The notes beneath the pieces were generated by a model. It was not told the DNA's origin and made no database searches. It saw nothing but the letters and a program-made list of their open reading frames with translations. A stretch of 63,585 nucleotides of DNA, counting the filler, from Phoronis australis (Eukaryota > Animalia > Phoronida), in assembly GCA_002633005.1 (NCBI GenBank). It is 4 parts of 4 records of this genome, joined end to end, with 100 filler letters (N's around TTAATTAATTAA, not from the genome) between each part and the next. Parts side by side here need not be neighbours in the genome. Positions count along the whole stretch, not along the records: positions 13,369 to 43,816 come from NMRA01000611.1; positions 43,917 to 61,247 come from NMRA01001489.1; 2 more parts are not named here. The stretch is one strand, 5' to 3'. Positions 40,231 to 54,053 of the stretch are shown piece by piece (positions within the stretch are counted from its first letter, which is position 1; each line of letters begins with the position of its first letter). Both the position numbers and the translations under genes were made by a program.

Positions 40231-42983
40231 CAGTGGATTACGTAGTAGGTATCGAAGGCAGTTTGAAGTGGTTACCAGAAAATTTGATCAAGCTCATTTT
40301 TTTAGTGTAATTCTCTTGGCTCTCCTGACCACACCCACCAGAGCGAACCTGCCAGTCGGCCATATCCAAGCATGAGGATACCCATATAGTACTGTGGCAC
40401 CAAAGAAAATTGGTTACCTTTTCATAACCAAAAAAGCTCTGAGATCCCGGTCTCGTGTGCCAGCTGAGACATCGGGACACAAATTTAGCCAATTTTGACA
40501 GTTTCAAAAATCACTAAAAGTACTCATCTTATGTGGCTCTAAAAACAGACAAACAATTATAGAAATCTTTCAAATTTGCATGAATAAAGTAGTCGAAGGT
40601 CACACCTGATCAATAACATAGGTTCATTATTTCAACGTTGCTTCCACTGCGTAACGTAACTGTCGGAATTTTACTAAAACTCAACTGCCGCCAGCCTCAA
40701 AACTTGCCAAAAACAAATAGTATCCATGGAAACCAAGAGGGGGCGTTTTGAAAAAAAATATATATAAAGAGAATCTGTGGCATAGCGTTTGTCACCTTCT
40801 GCCTGGTCCATTCGCGAACATGCTCTTAATAAGGCAAATTACTGTTCCTCATGACATTTCATACCTCCATGGACTGCAAAATTTTAGTGATTGCCCGTGG
40901 AGGTTTTGCCCCCCAGGTGCCAGCAAAGGGTACAGATGAGCAGTACAAACCGTGTTGATCCCCTTTTGGGGGGGTACATGGGAGGAGTGGTAAACAAGTA
41001 AAAACCAAGGGGTTGTGCCACATGAGTGTTGAGCCCGTCCCATCGTCACAAAATTGGGATGTTCCCCTGACCATTGACAACATGTGCTCAGGTGGTGATA
41101 AGATTTGGTCCTCGTTTCGTACATGACCCCAAGGACTTCTGCTTGTAATGACTGGTGGCCGTCATGCCCCAAGACCATCCTGGGTGTTTTCCAACTGTTC
41201 ATTACAAAGTGCTCCCAGCTCTCACTGTGCGTTTCATGTCCCCCCAACAATTTTGAATGTGTTCCCTATTGAATACGCCAGGCTGCTACCAGTGCAGACA
41301 AATAGTGCACTTGGTGTAACATAAGAAAGGAAGACAATTCATCACTACCGCAACACTGTGTTCCATTCTGATGCTCCTTCACATAAAATTTTAGTAGACG
41401 TACATTGACAACAAAGTATCTGCAGAAGGAAGAGCGGCCTGTGCAGTTGCCTACACTTGCAGACGACAGCAGCACCGTGACTGCTATCGGCTTGTGTTCC
41501 AACCGTGAACATAACACACAAAATGAAAGGTAGTGTATCCTATTGAATAAAAAATAATCCTTACCTTGCTGGATCCTTAGAAAAAGTAAAAATGACACAT
41601 CTGGGGTTTTCGCGGATGAATCAGTTCAATTTATCGCACTGCAAAATGCGCCCTTCCCCACTGTTCTCTCGCTTCCTACATGACCGTTGCTTATTCACCA
41701 CTTGGGGGCTCTAGTAGTAACGGTAACAGCGAACTCACAAGTGAACTCCCTTATTGTACTACACTCCTTGGTGTATCTTTCTACTGTCGCTGACTTTGTT
41801 TACGTGGCTGTTCTGTTTTCATACAGAATGAATTATACACCAGTTAAATCGGCTACATGTGTGTTTATTGTACTTGTATGTGCTTCAAGCATGCGGCTAT
41901 TAATTATTACTACAGAAATGAAATCAGTTGCTGCTACGCCACTTGCATGACAAGGCTAAAAATCGTTCATAGTCCGCCATTTTCTCACTTTGTTGTAAAA
42001 TTAACCAATGACCCGATAAAGTGCATGCTACTGAATGGTACCTTCGGGTGGTCTCTACACGCAGGGAACCAGCAAGCATGCAGGGAACCAGCGAGTTCTC
42101 GTCCCGGCGAACGTGTTTCTTTCTCTGTGCCAAACACTATTCGGAGGGGTCCGCCGCCTGCGTTTACTGTTTACGCCTACAAAGTTGAGTGCTCAATATT
42201 CGGAGGTAATGATGTAAACGTTGAATAATTTTTCGAAATTCGATTGTAGCGAATGCGTGGCCTTGGCATTTTACGCGCACCCGTTTGCCGGCGCGTACGA
42301 GCACTCCGTGTGCTGTGGTTGCGCCCCTTCACACACTGCAAAATCACGACGACTGGACTGTGCGAGCCCCAATACGCATTTATTCCATTAAAATTACTTT
42401 TATGTTAGAGGTAAATGACCAAGATCTCAACCTTTATTCCAGTTTTTAGTGCAAATAGGTTCACTTTTTTGTCCATTTTTTCAAAAAACGAACCTATGTC
42501 CATGCATGCACTTTCACACCGGGGATTTTCTGGCTTTGTCTTCTTAATAGCCCACATAGTCAACACCGTTCAAAGTTTTCGAGTTTCCCGTTTTAATCAT
42601 TCATTTCGGGTTTGTTACGCGAGTCCTGTTGTGGAATCAGTCCTACTGTGGAATATGGTCATAAACAGTAGACGCGTTTTGGATTTTGGGTTCAAATTCA
42701 ATTGTGAACAAGTGTTCAGGTGTTTACACTAGAAGTCAACCGAGATGACAGTCATTAATTAACTTAACGGAATATTTCTAAACTAGTGCCTGTCAGTAAC
42801 CCTTTGCTTCATTGGAGAAGCATCGGTTGGGTTTTTTCTTTTAATGGCTAAACTCTTTTTTCGTGTAGTAAACGTGTCAGTGAAAGTAGCGTCGTTGGAT
42901 AGAAGCCATTTTAATCCAGGAAAACGTCAAACTACAGAACAATGTAAAAGACATGAAATAAGTCACGGAATATCTACTCTTAA

Positions 42984-43478
42984 AGGAGAATGCCACCCGA
43001 TTTAACTAGTCTTTTTTGCCGTCTTAATTGGTCTATATCCACATCGCCTTGCATACGGTCGACCTTACCTTGCCAAGAGGTGTCGCGTTAACCTGTGAGG
43101 AAGGTGAGAAACGACGCTAGCGACGTCAGTGGTTCATATGCAGAGTGAATGCCGCTATGTTACGGTGCATCGTTCCCGCTTGTCCGAACTAAGCAGCTGC
43201 GAGGAAAGCGGGTTTATCGTTTTTTTTTACTTCCTCGAGAGTTCAAAATGCTTAGGAAGTGGCTCATGGTAGTGAAGAATGAAATGTACGCTGTAAATAG
43301 CAAGTATGAGGCCGTGAAACATCTCCGTGTCTCTAGCCTGCAGACGTCGACAGTGCCTGACGAATGCCGGCTTACCAAATAACTCCATACGTTCCGTTGT
43401 CGGATCTTGTTCACGGGGCTTCTCTAGTATTTCTTCATCACTGTATTCCTGTTCGAATTGATAGCCTGTAAAACTTAA
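42984..43478 (+). mobile_element. Kolobok-type family A copy 3 (left part)
   Basis: ttaa|aggagaatgccacccg; near-identical to 19609-20108; interrupted at the internal TTAA 43475-43478. Confidence 0.88.
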
Positions 43479-43816
43479 AGGCGAAGGCAACCTTTTTCCA
43501 TGTCATTTTGAGCTAAAATAAGGTTGGTTGGTTATCCTAGACATATTTTTCACCTAATTACAGCTTTTCGTAATTTTATTAATTACTCGTCCGCTTTTCC
43601 GGAAGTGACGTTTTAGGAGGCAAGCGCTTCCCGCCACTTGGTTTTGCGTTGAGCTTACTGTGCGAATCTGTTCTATTCTACTTTTGTTTAGTGCTATTTT
43701 TCACCAATTGTCGCCACCACTTTCCATCGGCGAGTATTCTGCGGCAAGATAGGTTAGTAGAGAACTCAACTGCGTTGGATTTAGGGATTGTTTAGTGTGT
43801 TGTAAGCTGAAAATGG
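43479..43816 (+). mobile_element. Left end of another TTAA-specific (Kolobok-type) element nested in family A
   Basis: ttaa|aggcgaaggcaacc begins where copy 1 reads aaacttaacgatcc; runs off the contig end. Confidence 0.65.
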
Positions 43817-43916
43817 NNNNNNNNNNNNNNNNNNNNNNNNNNNNNNNNNNNNNNNNNNNNTTAATTAATTAANNNNNNNNNNNNNNNNNNNNNNNNNNNN
43901 NNNNNNNNNNNNNNNN
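43817..43916. other. Artificial contig spacer
   Basis: N44-TTAATTAATTAA-N44. Confidence 0.97.
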
Positions 43917-44870
43917 AAGAATGATTTTCACATGATTCTTACGAATAACACTAAGATCGCCAAGTCTGGATTTTCTTCTAACGGTTGATCGGTTTTTCGA
44001 CTCGTCATCGCATGTAGGATCTTTTGCTCACTTGCATTATTCTGTTGTCTGCGCATGATTCAAACGTCTGATACAGGGATTGTGAAGTACATGTAAAATA
44101 TGAAATGATGTGAGGACGGTGTGAAGTCTGGTGTGTTACCTTCTGTCGATTTCCTAATATTTTGTAATGAATAACATTGTCTGTCAAATGTATATCTCAC
44201 GTACATAGAAAAAAATTTACTAATAAACATCACAAACCCCAATATATCGTATTCTTGCGAACTTTCGCCGAGATTCTGTAGTTTACCAGACCACCACCAC
44301 TACGTATACACAATCGCATTGCCTGCCAGTTAATGCGTGAGTTGGATGTAAAACACAAAGTTCTTATAGAGATTTCAGATGTATCACAACACAAATTTGT
44401 TTTAAGGTCATATATATGTAGTATCGCTTTCCATAGGATTTTTTTCTGGGATTATGCGCCAAGAGTTCGCATTAATCACAACACGAATCAAAATCAGAGA
44501 CTCAACTCTTTGAAGGAAGGATGTCAAAAAGCTTTGATAATATCACACGAACGATTACAATTAGCGTGAAGCTGCATTTTGCTCTATTTAGAGGGGATAA
44601 AAATGTAAGATTTTCAACTTCCACAATGACATACATGTACGTACATGCAGTGCCTGTTGGTTTTGTATCGGGACTGGAATGCTCTCATATCAACCATTAT
44701 CAAGAGGGCGGTTTTGATGAGAATGAAAGGCCTCTTTTCACCCAGTTTAACAAGGTGAAATGCAGCTATAAAATCTATGTGTGTATGATACTTAACGCTG
44801 TCCATGACACTGAAAATGCCCTGATTATTTTGCAGCCTAAAATATCGCCATACGAGCCTAGCAGACTACA

Positions 44871-44929
44871 ATGAAGCCAGTATATATCATTGCCCTTGTG
44901 ATTGTCACCGTGATGCTCTCGTCAGCTTC
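44871..44929 (+). CDS. Candidate signal-peptide exon of a small secreted protein
   Basis: acaATG start; MKPVYIIALVIVTVMLSSA(S) has basic n-region, hydrophobic h-region and small-residue c-region. Consensus donor gtaagt at 44930 (phase 2). Upstream ttttgcag at 44835 and TATAAAA at 44767. Confidence 0.6.
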
Positions 44930-45236
44930 GTAAGTGATTATGTTGATACAGCAATCGTACCCTCACTTTGCAATAAAGTTGTAATTCCTTCTTCGCTGAC
45001 TCCTAACGTCCAGTTCCAACATAACTCGCTCTTACTTTACTCGCCTCCTTAACTTGGTTCTCGGGTGCGTTGGTCTCGATCCTTAACGCTACAAATCTCA
45101 TAGCTTCCTAATTGGCGCAGCCACCTCTCTGTTGCTAGCCTGCAAATTCCAGACTCCACCACCCAAGGTATGGGTGGCTGGAAGCACGACGGGCTCAGGA
45201 ACTACCATTCGTCTCCCATCCTGACACTTCCCACCA

Positions 45237-45478
45237 GGAGGCAGTGTGTCCTGATTGATAAGTGCCCGCTTTCTTTACTCGAGGTGGTGGGTTCGAGTCC
45301 CACAATGTCACACTGCTAAACCCTTGGACCAGGTTTCTAGCTCCTCAGGTCGGTTTGAACTACATATTAATAAAGCTTAAAAATCGTTTTAGGTGATTAG
45401 TGTAATGGGCTCACATGTGACGCATGCGCACGTCTGGTACAGCGTGTACCAGACCGCCTACAATTGTATTTTTTACAC
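45237..45478 (+). mobile_element. tRNA-derived SINE copy 1
   Basis: Degenerate A box, B box ggttcgagtcc at ~45290; colinear with 55217-55470. Confidence 0.8.
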
Positions 45479-45884
45479 TTTACCGCTACTAACAATCCCA
45501 CTCACTCATTATCATATATTGGGCAAATGTATAGCCAGTTTCTCGTTCACTACTCATCTTCATCTCAGGGGCTGCTGTGTTGGCATTGTCTTCTGTCGCT
45601 CCCCGTTATTTTCTTTTGAACTGTATTGCTAGTTTCCTTTTCACTCACCTCCATTTTTCACACTAGGGCGCTTGTATTGCCAGTGTCCTGATTCACTTAC
45701 TCTCTGTTTTTGGGCTCCTACCTCCCTGGCACTCTTTCCAGTCCTGATTCTTGTTGCTTTACTTCATGCCCTCGTACCTGCTAGAATGTTTAGTTGTACC
45801 CCTCTAATCCCAACTTATCTCAACTTATCCTGCCATTACCCGGCACTGATGCAAGCCTGTTGCTGACATCATGTTTGTTTTCAA

Positions 45885-46930
45885 ACTGCCCCTGCAGATG
45901 GCGCAGCGATTAGTGGGAATAGATGAATTAGTTGAAATGCGTGATTGGTGTCTCTCACATTATGAGCTTGTGGATGACGTCATGCAAGTTATCAAACTGT
46001 GCACATGATGTGGCGCATCGATTAGAAATAGTTGAATTACTAGTTGAACCCAACTAATCTGAATCCCAAGTCATCTCCGAACCTATTCAGCATGACTGTG
46101 CTATTCCACTAATTCAAGTAATTCTACCAATTGTAGCGCTATCTGAGGTATTATTGGCATTGTGAGAAAGAAAGACCGGAGTCACTGCCTTGCCTGCAGG
46201 TGGTGCAGCGATTTGTGGGAATAGTTGAATAAGCTGACATGCGTGTTTGGTGTCTCTAAAATTGGGAGCTTATTGATGGCGTCATACATCTTACCTACCA
46301 GCCCACAGGTGGCGTCATCTTTTAGTGGGAATAACTGAATTAGTTGAACTGCTTGATTTGTGTCTCTCAACTTGTGATCTGGTGAACCTTTTGCTGACGT
46401 CACGTACTTTATCAGTCTGCCTGCTGGTGACGTAGCGATTAATGGGAATAGTCAAATTAATTGAAGTTTGTGTTCTGTGTCTCTCAAGTTGTGGCCCTGT
46501 TGCTGAATGCATGTTTGTCATCACTATGAGTCTGTCCCTGCAAGTGGCGCAGCGATTAGTTTGAATAGTTGAATTAGTTGAAATGCGTGTTTGGTGTCTC
46601 TAAAATTGTAAGCCTGTTGATTATGATTTTATCTACCTGCCCACAGATGGCACAGTGATTAGTGGGAATAGTTGAATTAGTTGAAATTCGTGTTTGGAGG
46701 CTCTAAAATTGTGAGCCAGTTGATTAGTTCTTCTACGTCATCTACCTGCCTACAGGTGGTGCAGCTATTAGTTAAAGAAATTGTCAATTGACATGCATTT
46801 TCTACTTGATCTACATAATTTCATCTAGCCGTTATTTATTGAATTCCCGCAGGTGGCACATCGATTATAGTGGGAACTGCTGAATTAGTTGAAATCCTTG
46901 TTTTGTGTCTCTAAAGTTGAGAACCTCTAT
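45885..46930. repeat. ~105-120-bp degenerate tandem repeat, about 9 units
   Basis: Unit cc(t/c)(g/a)caggtggcgcagcgattagtgggaatagttgaattagttgaaatgcgtgtttggtgtctct. Confidence 0.88.
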
Positions 46931-47937
46931 CTGACGTCTGTTTGTGTAACAGAGGTAGCTTGAAATATACGAATTTGCTGGGAACTTAACACTGACTTCT
47001 GAAACATCGTTTACCTATGAATGAAGTCACCATTTCATCTTTCTTTGCACTACAATGGTTTAGCGTCTTCTATATCCAGTATTTATAAGAGTAATAGAAA
47101 AAGTATTATAGGTGGCGCTGCAATTAGTTGAACTACAGCTTCCTATTAATCGATTAGTATGTCCCTACCAAAGATTCAGACAATATTCCCGTTCTATGTT
47201 CATTATTTGTATGTATTTCTGCCTATACGTGTCACTATTTCTGTTTACATATACCTGCGTATGCAGCATACATTACGTCTGCTATGTACCTTACCGAGTA
47301 CCTTATATATATTCCTTGGTTGTTATCAATCCATGTTAGCTTGATTTTCCTCTTAGATTTCAGTTACTCTCATTTCGACACCTTGTTACGATGATTGACA
47401 TATTTTTAGTGTCATGTTATTCTGTTCTATGTTAGTCTTTTTCTTATTTTCGTCACTATTTGCACTCCCTTTTACTCATGCTACTTTTTGTCAGACTCAC
47501 ACGCTCTCCCTCGGGAGGGCGGATGCATCCTTCTGCTGCATCTGTGTTAGATTGTCACCCACCTGTACAGCTCAACATATTATACATGTATCAATTTTGT
47601 AATTATCCATATCTGTAGTAGTTTAGTTTGTCATAATATACATGACATGTTTTCTCATCCTCAGGTGTTGTTTCACTGTAACCTAGCTTCGGTATCGCTT
47701 CGCAGTTATTACAGTTATACAAATTATCTTTAATTATTAAATTATTTTATGTAAGCTATACTGATTCGTACTTTTATTGACTAACTCCGCATGCAGTTTT
47801 AATACTTAATCGTATACTGTACGTTGATATAATAGACGTTGAGATCGTGGTTATTGATGCTCATAGTTCCCCACGTTCAAGTTTTTATTCAACTTTATTA
47901 ATTGTTGCTGCTCAGATCGTTAACTGTTTTTTTCCAG

Positions 47938-48067
47938 TGTCTTCACTGCTGACGTCAAGGCCTCTGACATGTCCTTCCCTAACCGAAGGTCATCTGGCGA
48001 CGAGGAGGGAGATAAAATCAAAATGGGTTTGCGCAAGCCCGTGCCAACTGCATTATGGTCTATATAA
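47938..48067 (+). CDS. Candidate terminal exon of the small secreted protein
   Basis: ttttttccag acceptor, phase-compatible with the 44929 donor. Reads VFTADVKASDMSFPNRRSSGDEEGDKIKMGLRKPVPTALWSI*; AATAAA at 48089-48094. Confidence 0.4.
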
Positions 48068-49010
48068 TTCAAACATGTGAAAATACCGAATAAATCGACA
48101 TGATGCGTGCTACGTGTTCTATTTCTGTCTTATCCAACTGCACGAGTGTTCGATAGATTACTAGTCGGTTTACCTCGTCTATTGCCGTGATCCGAGTTCC
48201 CAAGGCATCAGTTCATGTCTTATGTTATGCTTTGAATACATGTTTAAACTCTTACTACCCTGCACTATAGATGTCGGTGTTATCTCAAACCCAATACTGA
48301 CTTGACATCAGCTGTTTCACGACACCTATGTTGCCTATTTTAATTTAAAGGGGGACCGAAATACATGTGTATCACCTGGGGTTACCAGCAGTTCCTCCAG
48401 TTTGCCACTTTTAACACCATCCGCCATCTTTACTTAGCTAAAACGGTAATACACTTACACTTTTTACTCCATGGTTCATGATAAATCGATGTCACGATAT
48501 TCGTTACCTTTACCATGAACTTCAAAAGTGATCAGCAGCCCAAGCAAACACTTTACAATTTACTGGTGTTTCCAAAAATGACGAAATCAATAGTATACAA
48601 TAAGTTGCGTACATGCGACCTGAGTTGCCAGTTCATTCAGCAACAACTCAAGCTCATATGAGAGTGGCAATACTTTTAAAGATAAGCTCTTCAATTAAGA
48701 ATCCAGCACAGGCATGCAAAGCGAAATTACGTCACAATATGTTTTAACCGATTATTGATGAAAGTACCATCTCAGAACCTCTAGTACAGAGCAGTTCATT
48801 TTCAGTGTGAGGAAATTGCCAGATAAAATCACATAACTCACGATCTTTGAAATACGCGTGAAGAAAAACGCTGTGGTTACCACAAAGTTTCTATCCTCCC
48901 TCAGACTTATGATAAATGCCCTTATACCACAATATTAGGCTCGAATGGCAAACACAACAGTGTAATAACCCATTTAGTTATCTCACTAGTTAGAAAACAT
49001 TTTGGCGGGA

Positions 49011-49078
49011 ACTGAGGCCGGTTTCGAACCTGGTTCACAAGAATTTCGAGTAGTCAACTTTACCACTACACCACTCAG
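49011..49078 (-). pseudogene. tRNA-like relic or SINE head
   Basis: Minus strand has A box tggtgtagtgg, B box ggttcgaaacc and a partial acceptor stem ctgag/ctcag; anticodon arm does not fold. Confidence 0.4.
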
Positions 49079-49115
49079 AAACTGACGTCATCGAATGTGA
49101 AAATAATATACTTAA

Positions 49116-50780
49116 AGGAGAATGCCACCTGATTTAATTACTCTTTTTTAAAATCTTATTTGGTCAATACCCACATCTCCTCGCATACGGTCGATCTTAC
49201 CTTGCCGAATTGTGTCGCGTTAAGCTGTGAGGATGGTGAGAAACGACGCAGCGACGTCAGTGGTTCATTTGCCGCTACGTTGCCGTGCATCGTTCCGGCT
49301 TGTGCGAACTATGTAGCTGCGAGGAAAGCAGGTATATCGTTTTTTTCGACTTCCTCGACAATCCCAAATGCTTAGGAAGTTGCTTGTGGTAGTGGAAAAT
49401 GAAAAGTACGCTGTTATTAGCAAGTATGAGACCGTGAAACATCTCCGTGTCTGTGGCCGGCAGTCCTCGACAGCCGAGTGAGTCTGATAAATGCCGGCTT
49501 ACCAAAGAACTATCCATACGTTGCGTTGCCTTTGCATATTCACGGCACCTCTCTAGTATTTCTTGATCACTGTGTTCCTGTTCGAACTGATAGCCTGTGA
49601 TACTTAACAATCGACCTGTGAAGTCTTCGTCGGATGAGCTCTCGTCGAAGTCGGTATTGCGACTTGCCATGTTGACGTTAATTATTCTTCGTTCTGTTTC
49701 GAAATGAATTATTCTCACCCTAACCAATGCTTATGTCAAACTGAAAAAAATTGTCTCATTAGATACAATTTGTAATGCCTTTGGACTATTCGTGAGTACA
49801 AATGTTTTGAGAAGCCAGCAATAAATGAACCACTGCGTTACTGGCTTATGATGCAATAAAGGTAATTGACCGGGCACAGAGGCCGGGTGAGCGCATGCTA
49901 ATGCAGTGTTTGCTAACAGAACGCTGTTTTGAAAGAATAACTAGATTTTATATGCTATGGTTACATGTTAGGGAAATCTTTATTTAGATTTACAAATACA
50001 TTGTTCATGTTATTCTTACTGTACAACTTTTGCCGTGACGGTTCTGTAATTTCGGGCAACTTGATTTTGCGGCCCCACAATAGTAAGTAGATTTTTAGTT
50101 TCGTGGCTAAATCCCCAAAATAATTAAGTGCACATTATTTCTTTGGCTCACAAGTGTAGTCGTTTGGTGACTGGATGTTTAGTTTTCAGCTTAAGCTGGT
50201 TTATGTTCGAAAATGTCCAGTCCCGGAGGCCGCGACGGGCCTGATCGGGTTCCGAGACACTGGCTGGGATAATAAACGTTTCGTGTGTTTAGAACTGAGA
50301 AAATCGCAAGTCTGAAAGTATAACACACAGCTACATTTTATGTCTGTATTTCACGGAATAATGATTCGAATTTTTCACAAACAGACCCAAAACTCCAGCG
50401 ATCGACCATTATAAATTGGCCTAAACCTTGACTGAACTATGTAGGCTACCGTACGTTCAAATACCTATAAATCCGTAACAGTGAAATAAAACAACACGTT
50501 TGTTCAAGAACGCGATGTATTTGTAAGGGTTTCACATCAAAATTTTGATGATTTACATGTATAGGTGTAAAACGATGGATTCAAGCGATAAGTTGACACC
50601 AGTAAGCGTGTTGTGAACTGCTGAACAGACTGCGTTCGAAACGAATATGTCATTGATTAATTTCAACACCTCCGTCACCCGCCAGGTGTAAGGTAAAGCA
50701 ACTGAACTTGGTGTTATCGAGGGGAACTACTCGATCTAAACTGATACAAAATAGGTTGTTTTTTTGGGTAGCATTCTCCT
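49116..50780 (+). mobile_element. Kolobok-type family A copy 4 (complete)
   Basis: TTAA TSD (49112-15, 50781-84); TIR aggagaatgc(c/t)acc. Confidence 0.9.
49503..49670 (-). pseudogene. KolX-like accessory gene, first exon relic
   Basis: aacATG MASRNTDFDESSSDEDF..ITGYQFEQEHSDQEILE..RMDSSL then gtaag donor. Acidic start and YQFE motif resemble Kolobok KolX N-termini; present in all four copies (start cut off in copy 3). Confidence 0.6.
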
Positions 50781-52607
50781 TTAAATGAGCACGCGCAACA
50801 ATCGCATGTTCAACAAAGGGCATTGTGCCGATATTTATACGCTATGAAAAATAAGATACATAATTTCCATAAAAAAACGATCGTTTAGTTACAAGAGCCG
50901 AGGCGAGACGAGAAAGGTAGATCGATTCATTGCAATATTTCTCGTTCAGTATGTGGTATAAATACATGTAGATCATTACATGTTCGCAGTCGATATCCCC
51001 TTATCTAGAGCCCTCGTTGATTTTGTAGAATTATTGCCGGAGGGCGTCCAAAATCCATTCTGTCTCTAGAATTCGGGGGATAACGACTTGGCCATGTAAA
51101 AATCTACACGAATGCACTCACAGCCAGTTGTTTCAAGTCCCTTGAGGTCAAAGGTCACATTTTTAAATAAAGGAAATGTGTTTCGTCTATGTCTTGCCAT
51201 ACCAAATAAGGAGACGTGCTTTGCCTTGTGAGAGAAAAATCGACGAAGTGACGAGCTGATGACAGATCATTTTTCTGAAATGTGAAACTAAAAGAAATTG
51301 CTTTGATATCAACACAAGTAAAAATGTTTAGGAACAAACCATTGAAATACCTGGTGTATAGATTGAATTGTGTTTCAGTGACAGAGAACTACTTTGAATG
51401 TTGCAATTAAGTCTGTTTATCGCGTTTTTGACCTCTTCAACAATGTCCAAATGCCTTTAAGTTAGTTTAAGCGGCTACCAACCCGTCACAAAACATAGCT
51501 CTTAACGACATGGGACATCAAAACGCGTTCATGTGCTATGTAATTGCAACGCGTAGCCAATTGGTGTCACTTCATGCCTGAGTCAAGTAGGATGTGATGT
51601 CAGGGGTTCCCAAGGTTTGACCGTTGGTTGTCATACTCTTTGAAAATATGGCTTATCATGGTGTGTATCTATATGATGGCGGTCCTTCTGAGCATCACGA
51701 GTCTAGCGACTGAAAATTAAACTCTTCAGTATTTGCTATTTTGTCTACGTCCCGAAGTGTCAATGGCTGTCAGGACATTCTCGAAATCCAAAGGAAAACA
51801 TTTACCATTTGAGTATGATGATCAAACTTTGTCCAAAAATGATCGCTGAGAGAGTAAACTAAAATCTTCGCCACAACTGAAAATCCAAACGTATGAGAAG
51901 TACGCAAACGCCAGCAAAAGTACGGAAGCAGGAGGCAAGAAGCGCCATCTCTGTAGTCCAGATTTACTCGAATTGTTACCATTTTGGCCTTTATTAAGGT
52001 TCTGTGGGCTTTTTCAGCTGTTTGGCCTGCGAGAACAAGTTTGTGATAGAGCGAGAAGAAAGTTTGTCAAGTGGACAGAGCTTTGAAAAATGTACCGCTG
52101 TCTGATACCAAATGGCAATGATTTCATACGTTAACGGAGTTAATTATATTAAATGATTAATTATTCAACCCAGTTTTGGTACTCCCAAATGTTCTCCAAT
52201 TGATGATTTTTCTATTGTTGTATTGGTAAACTTATCAGTAAAGACAGAATTAATAACAATGTTTACCACTTTAGGAGTTCCAAACACAAGCTGGTGAGCA
52301 GATGAGTTGTCCCAGTTTAGCCACTACATGTAGGTGTCATTGCAAAATCAAAGTGACTTAACAAAGTTAACCCAAAATTTCATTCAACCGCAAATTTAAG
52401 GTTACAAAAGAAAGTAGGTGAAGCGTCCCAATCAACTAATTTACGACATATTAAATACCAGCACACGTTTTCCTGCGACTGAAAAAATGCTGTCTTTAGC
52501 GACAGAGGCTAAAACCGTGGCCGACAGAGCTTTGTGTCATCTTAAACCATCCATTTTGAAAGGCCAAAAAACTCAATGACGATTGTAATTCTGGTAGTGA
52601 ATGTAAC

Positions 52608-52827
52608 TAGGGCTTGTAATTTTCCCCTTTTTTGGTTTCCCTTTCCTCTTATTGGATTTCCAGATTCCTCTTTGTTATCATTATTTAGACTTTGTTCATG
52701 CAAAAACATTCATTTCAGTTAAATTTTACAGCACAGAATATTTCCATTACACTAGCCTATTTATTTGTGGAACGATACATCACCTGGAAAATTTCCTCTT
52801 TTTTGTCACTGGTTATTCCAAGCCCTG
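52608..52827. mobile_element. MITE with YAGGGCTTG termini (hAT-like)
   Basis: tagggcttgtaat ... attccaagccctg; the right ~55 bp recurs at 62832-62888. Confidence 0.65.
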
Positions 52828-54053
52828 TGCAACCTTAGTATGCAGTCAAATATTTGTTAATTGACACTCTTTGGTGAACATGGCATTACATAATTTTAGG
52901 AACGTGCTGCATAAAGTTTGGAACCTAAAAATTGTCAATGACTCACTGTGATTGGTTTGAGCTGAGTTTGGCGAGTAAGACTTAAAATTCCAATTCAACT
53001 GCATTTTTGGATGTTATGCATCGAAAATAATCACGATCTTTGGTCGGGGAACAAAAATTCCCCAAAGCTGTGCATTCCTGCAGGCTCCAACCACAATTGG
53101 GTAAAAACATTACTTGTGTGGCCAGAAAATGGAATTACAGCGACCTCAACATACTTGTGGAAAAATAAATAACTTAGTGTAAAGTCACAAAATCATATTT
53201 AGTTTCAGTTCCAAACAATTCCAGACCAGTCAAAAATGGTAAAAACAAACATTCAGCAACTGTTATCTTCAGCCAACTGGCTTCAACAAAATAGTGTTGC
53301 TAATCGTGCCTTTTTGTCTTACCGCGCAGAGAACGTCCATAGCTTGCATTCAGGACTGTAGGGACTTATTTAGTGACACTCGCTATATGCGAAGGATCGG
53401 TATGAGGTCACCCTGATGTCACAGGACAAGGAGGTACCCCCCNACATTTATGGTCTGTTGCCTTTATTTATGTCTAAATATTTATCAAACTATGAATCAT
53501 TGGTTTCACTGATACTTATTAATCAGAAGTCTTAAAAGTCTTCGATTAGTGGTCGTTTTTGCCGAGTTTGCCTTGAAAGAGGCCGTCTTTTTCCTCTCTT
53601 GGCTGTGCAGTTCAAACCATTGTTTTCAGAACTGGTTGCCCCAATGACGGCCACTAGATGAGTCAGTGGGTCAGATTCAATACCAACGCCAGCCCAAAAC
53701 AGATCTCTATAACCAAAATTTTCGCATCAACCCGGTTTTTGTCACCAACGCTGCAATTAAGTTGTTGGACTGATGCGTGAAACTGTTTTCAGAATTGTAC
53801 TGCCATCACTATTGTCGGCGCCTATTGTTATTTGTTGGAATACGGTTTCAGCTGTCATTTCAGCTGTCGGTAAATGATACCGAGATATTGCTACACCAGT
53901 GTCCTTTAGTATTGATTTACAACTTGTTAAAGAACCTTTAAATCAGTTTGAGGTTAACAATGTAATAACTGATTGATCAGTCTGTAACCTATTGATTTTT
54001 ACTCAGTAAAATTAATGGATATTTTCACGTAAGTAAAACAGTTAAAATGGATC

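Noticed and set aside
40849-41250. 133-aa ORF with DGHQS, weakly pogo- or Kolobok-like
   Set aside because: Motif too short, and no other catalytic motifs could be aligned by eye.
49011-49078. Functional tRNA gene
   Set aside because: Only A/B boxes survive; the cloverleaf does not fold.
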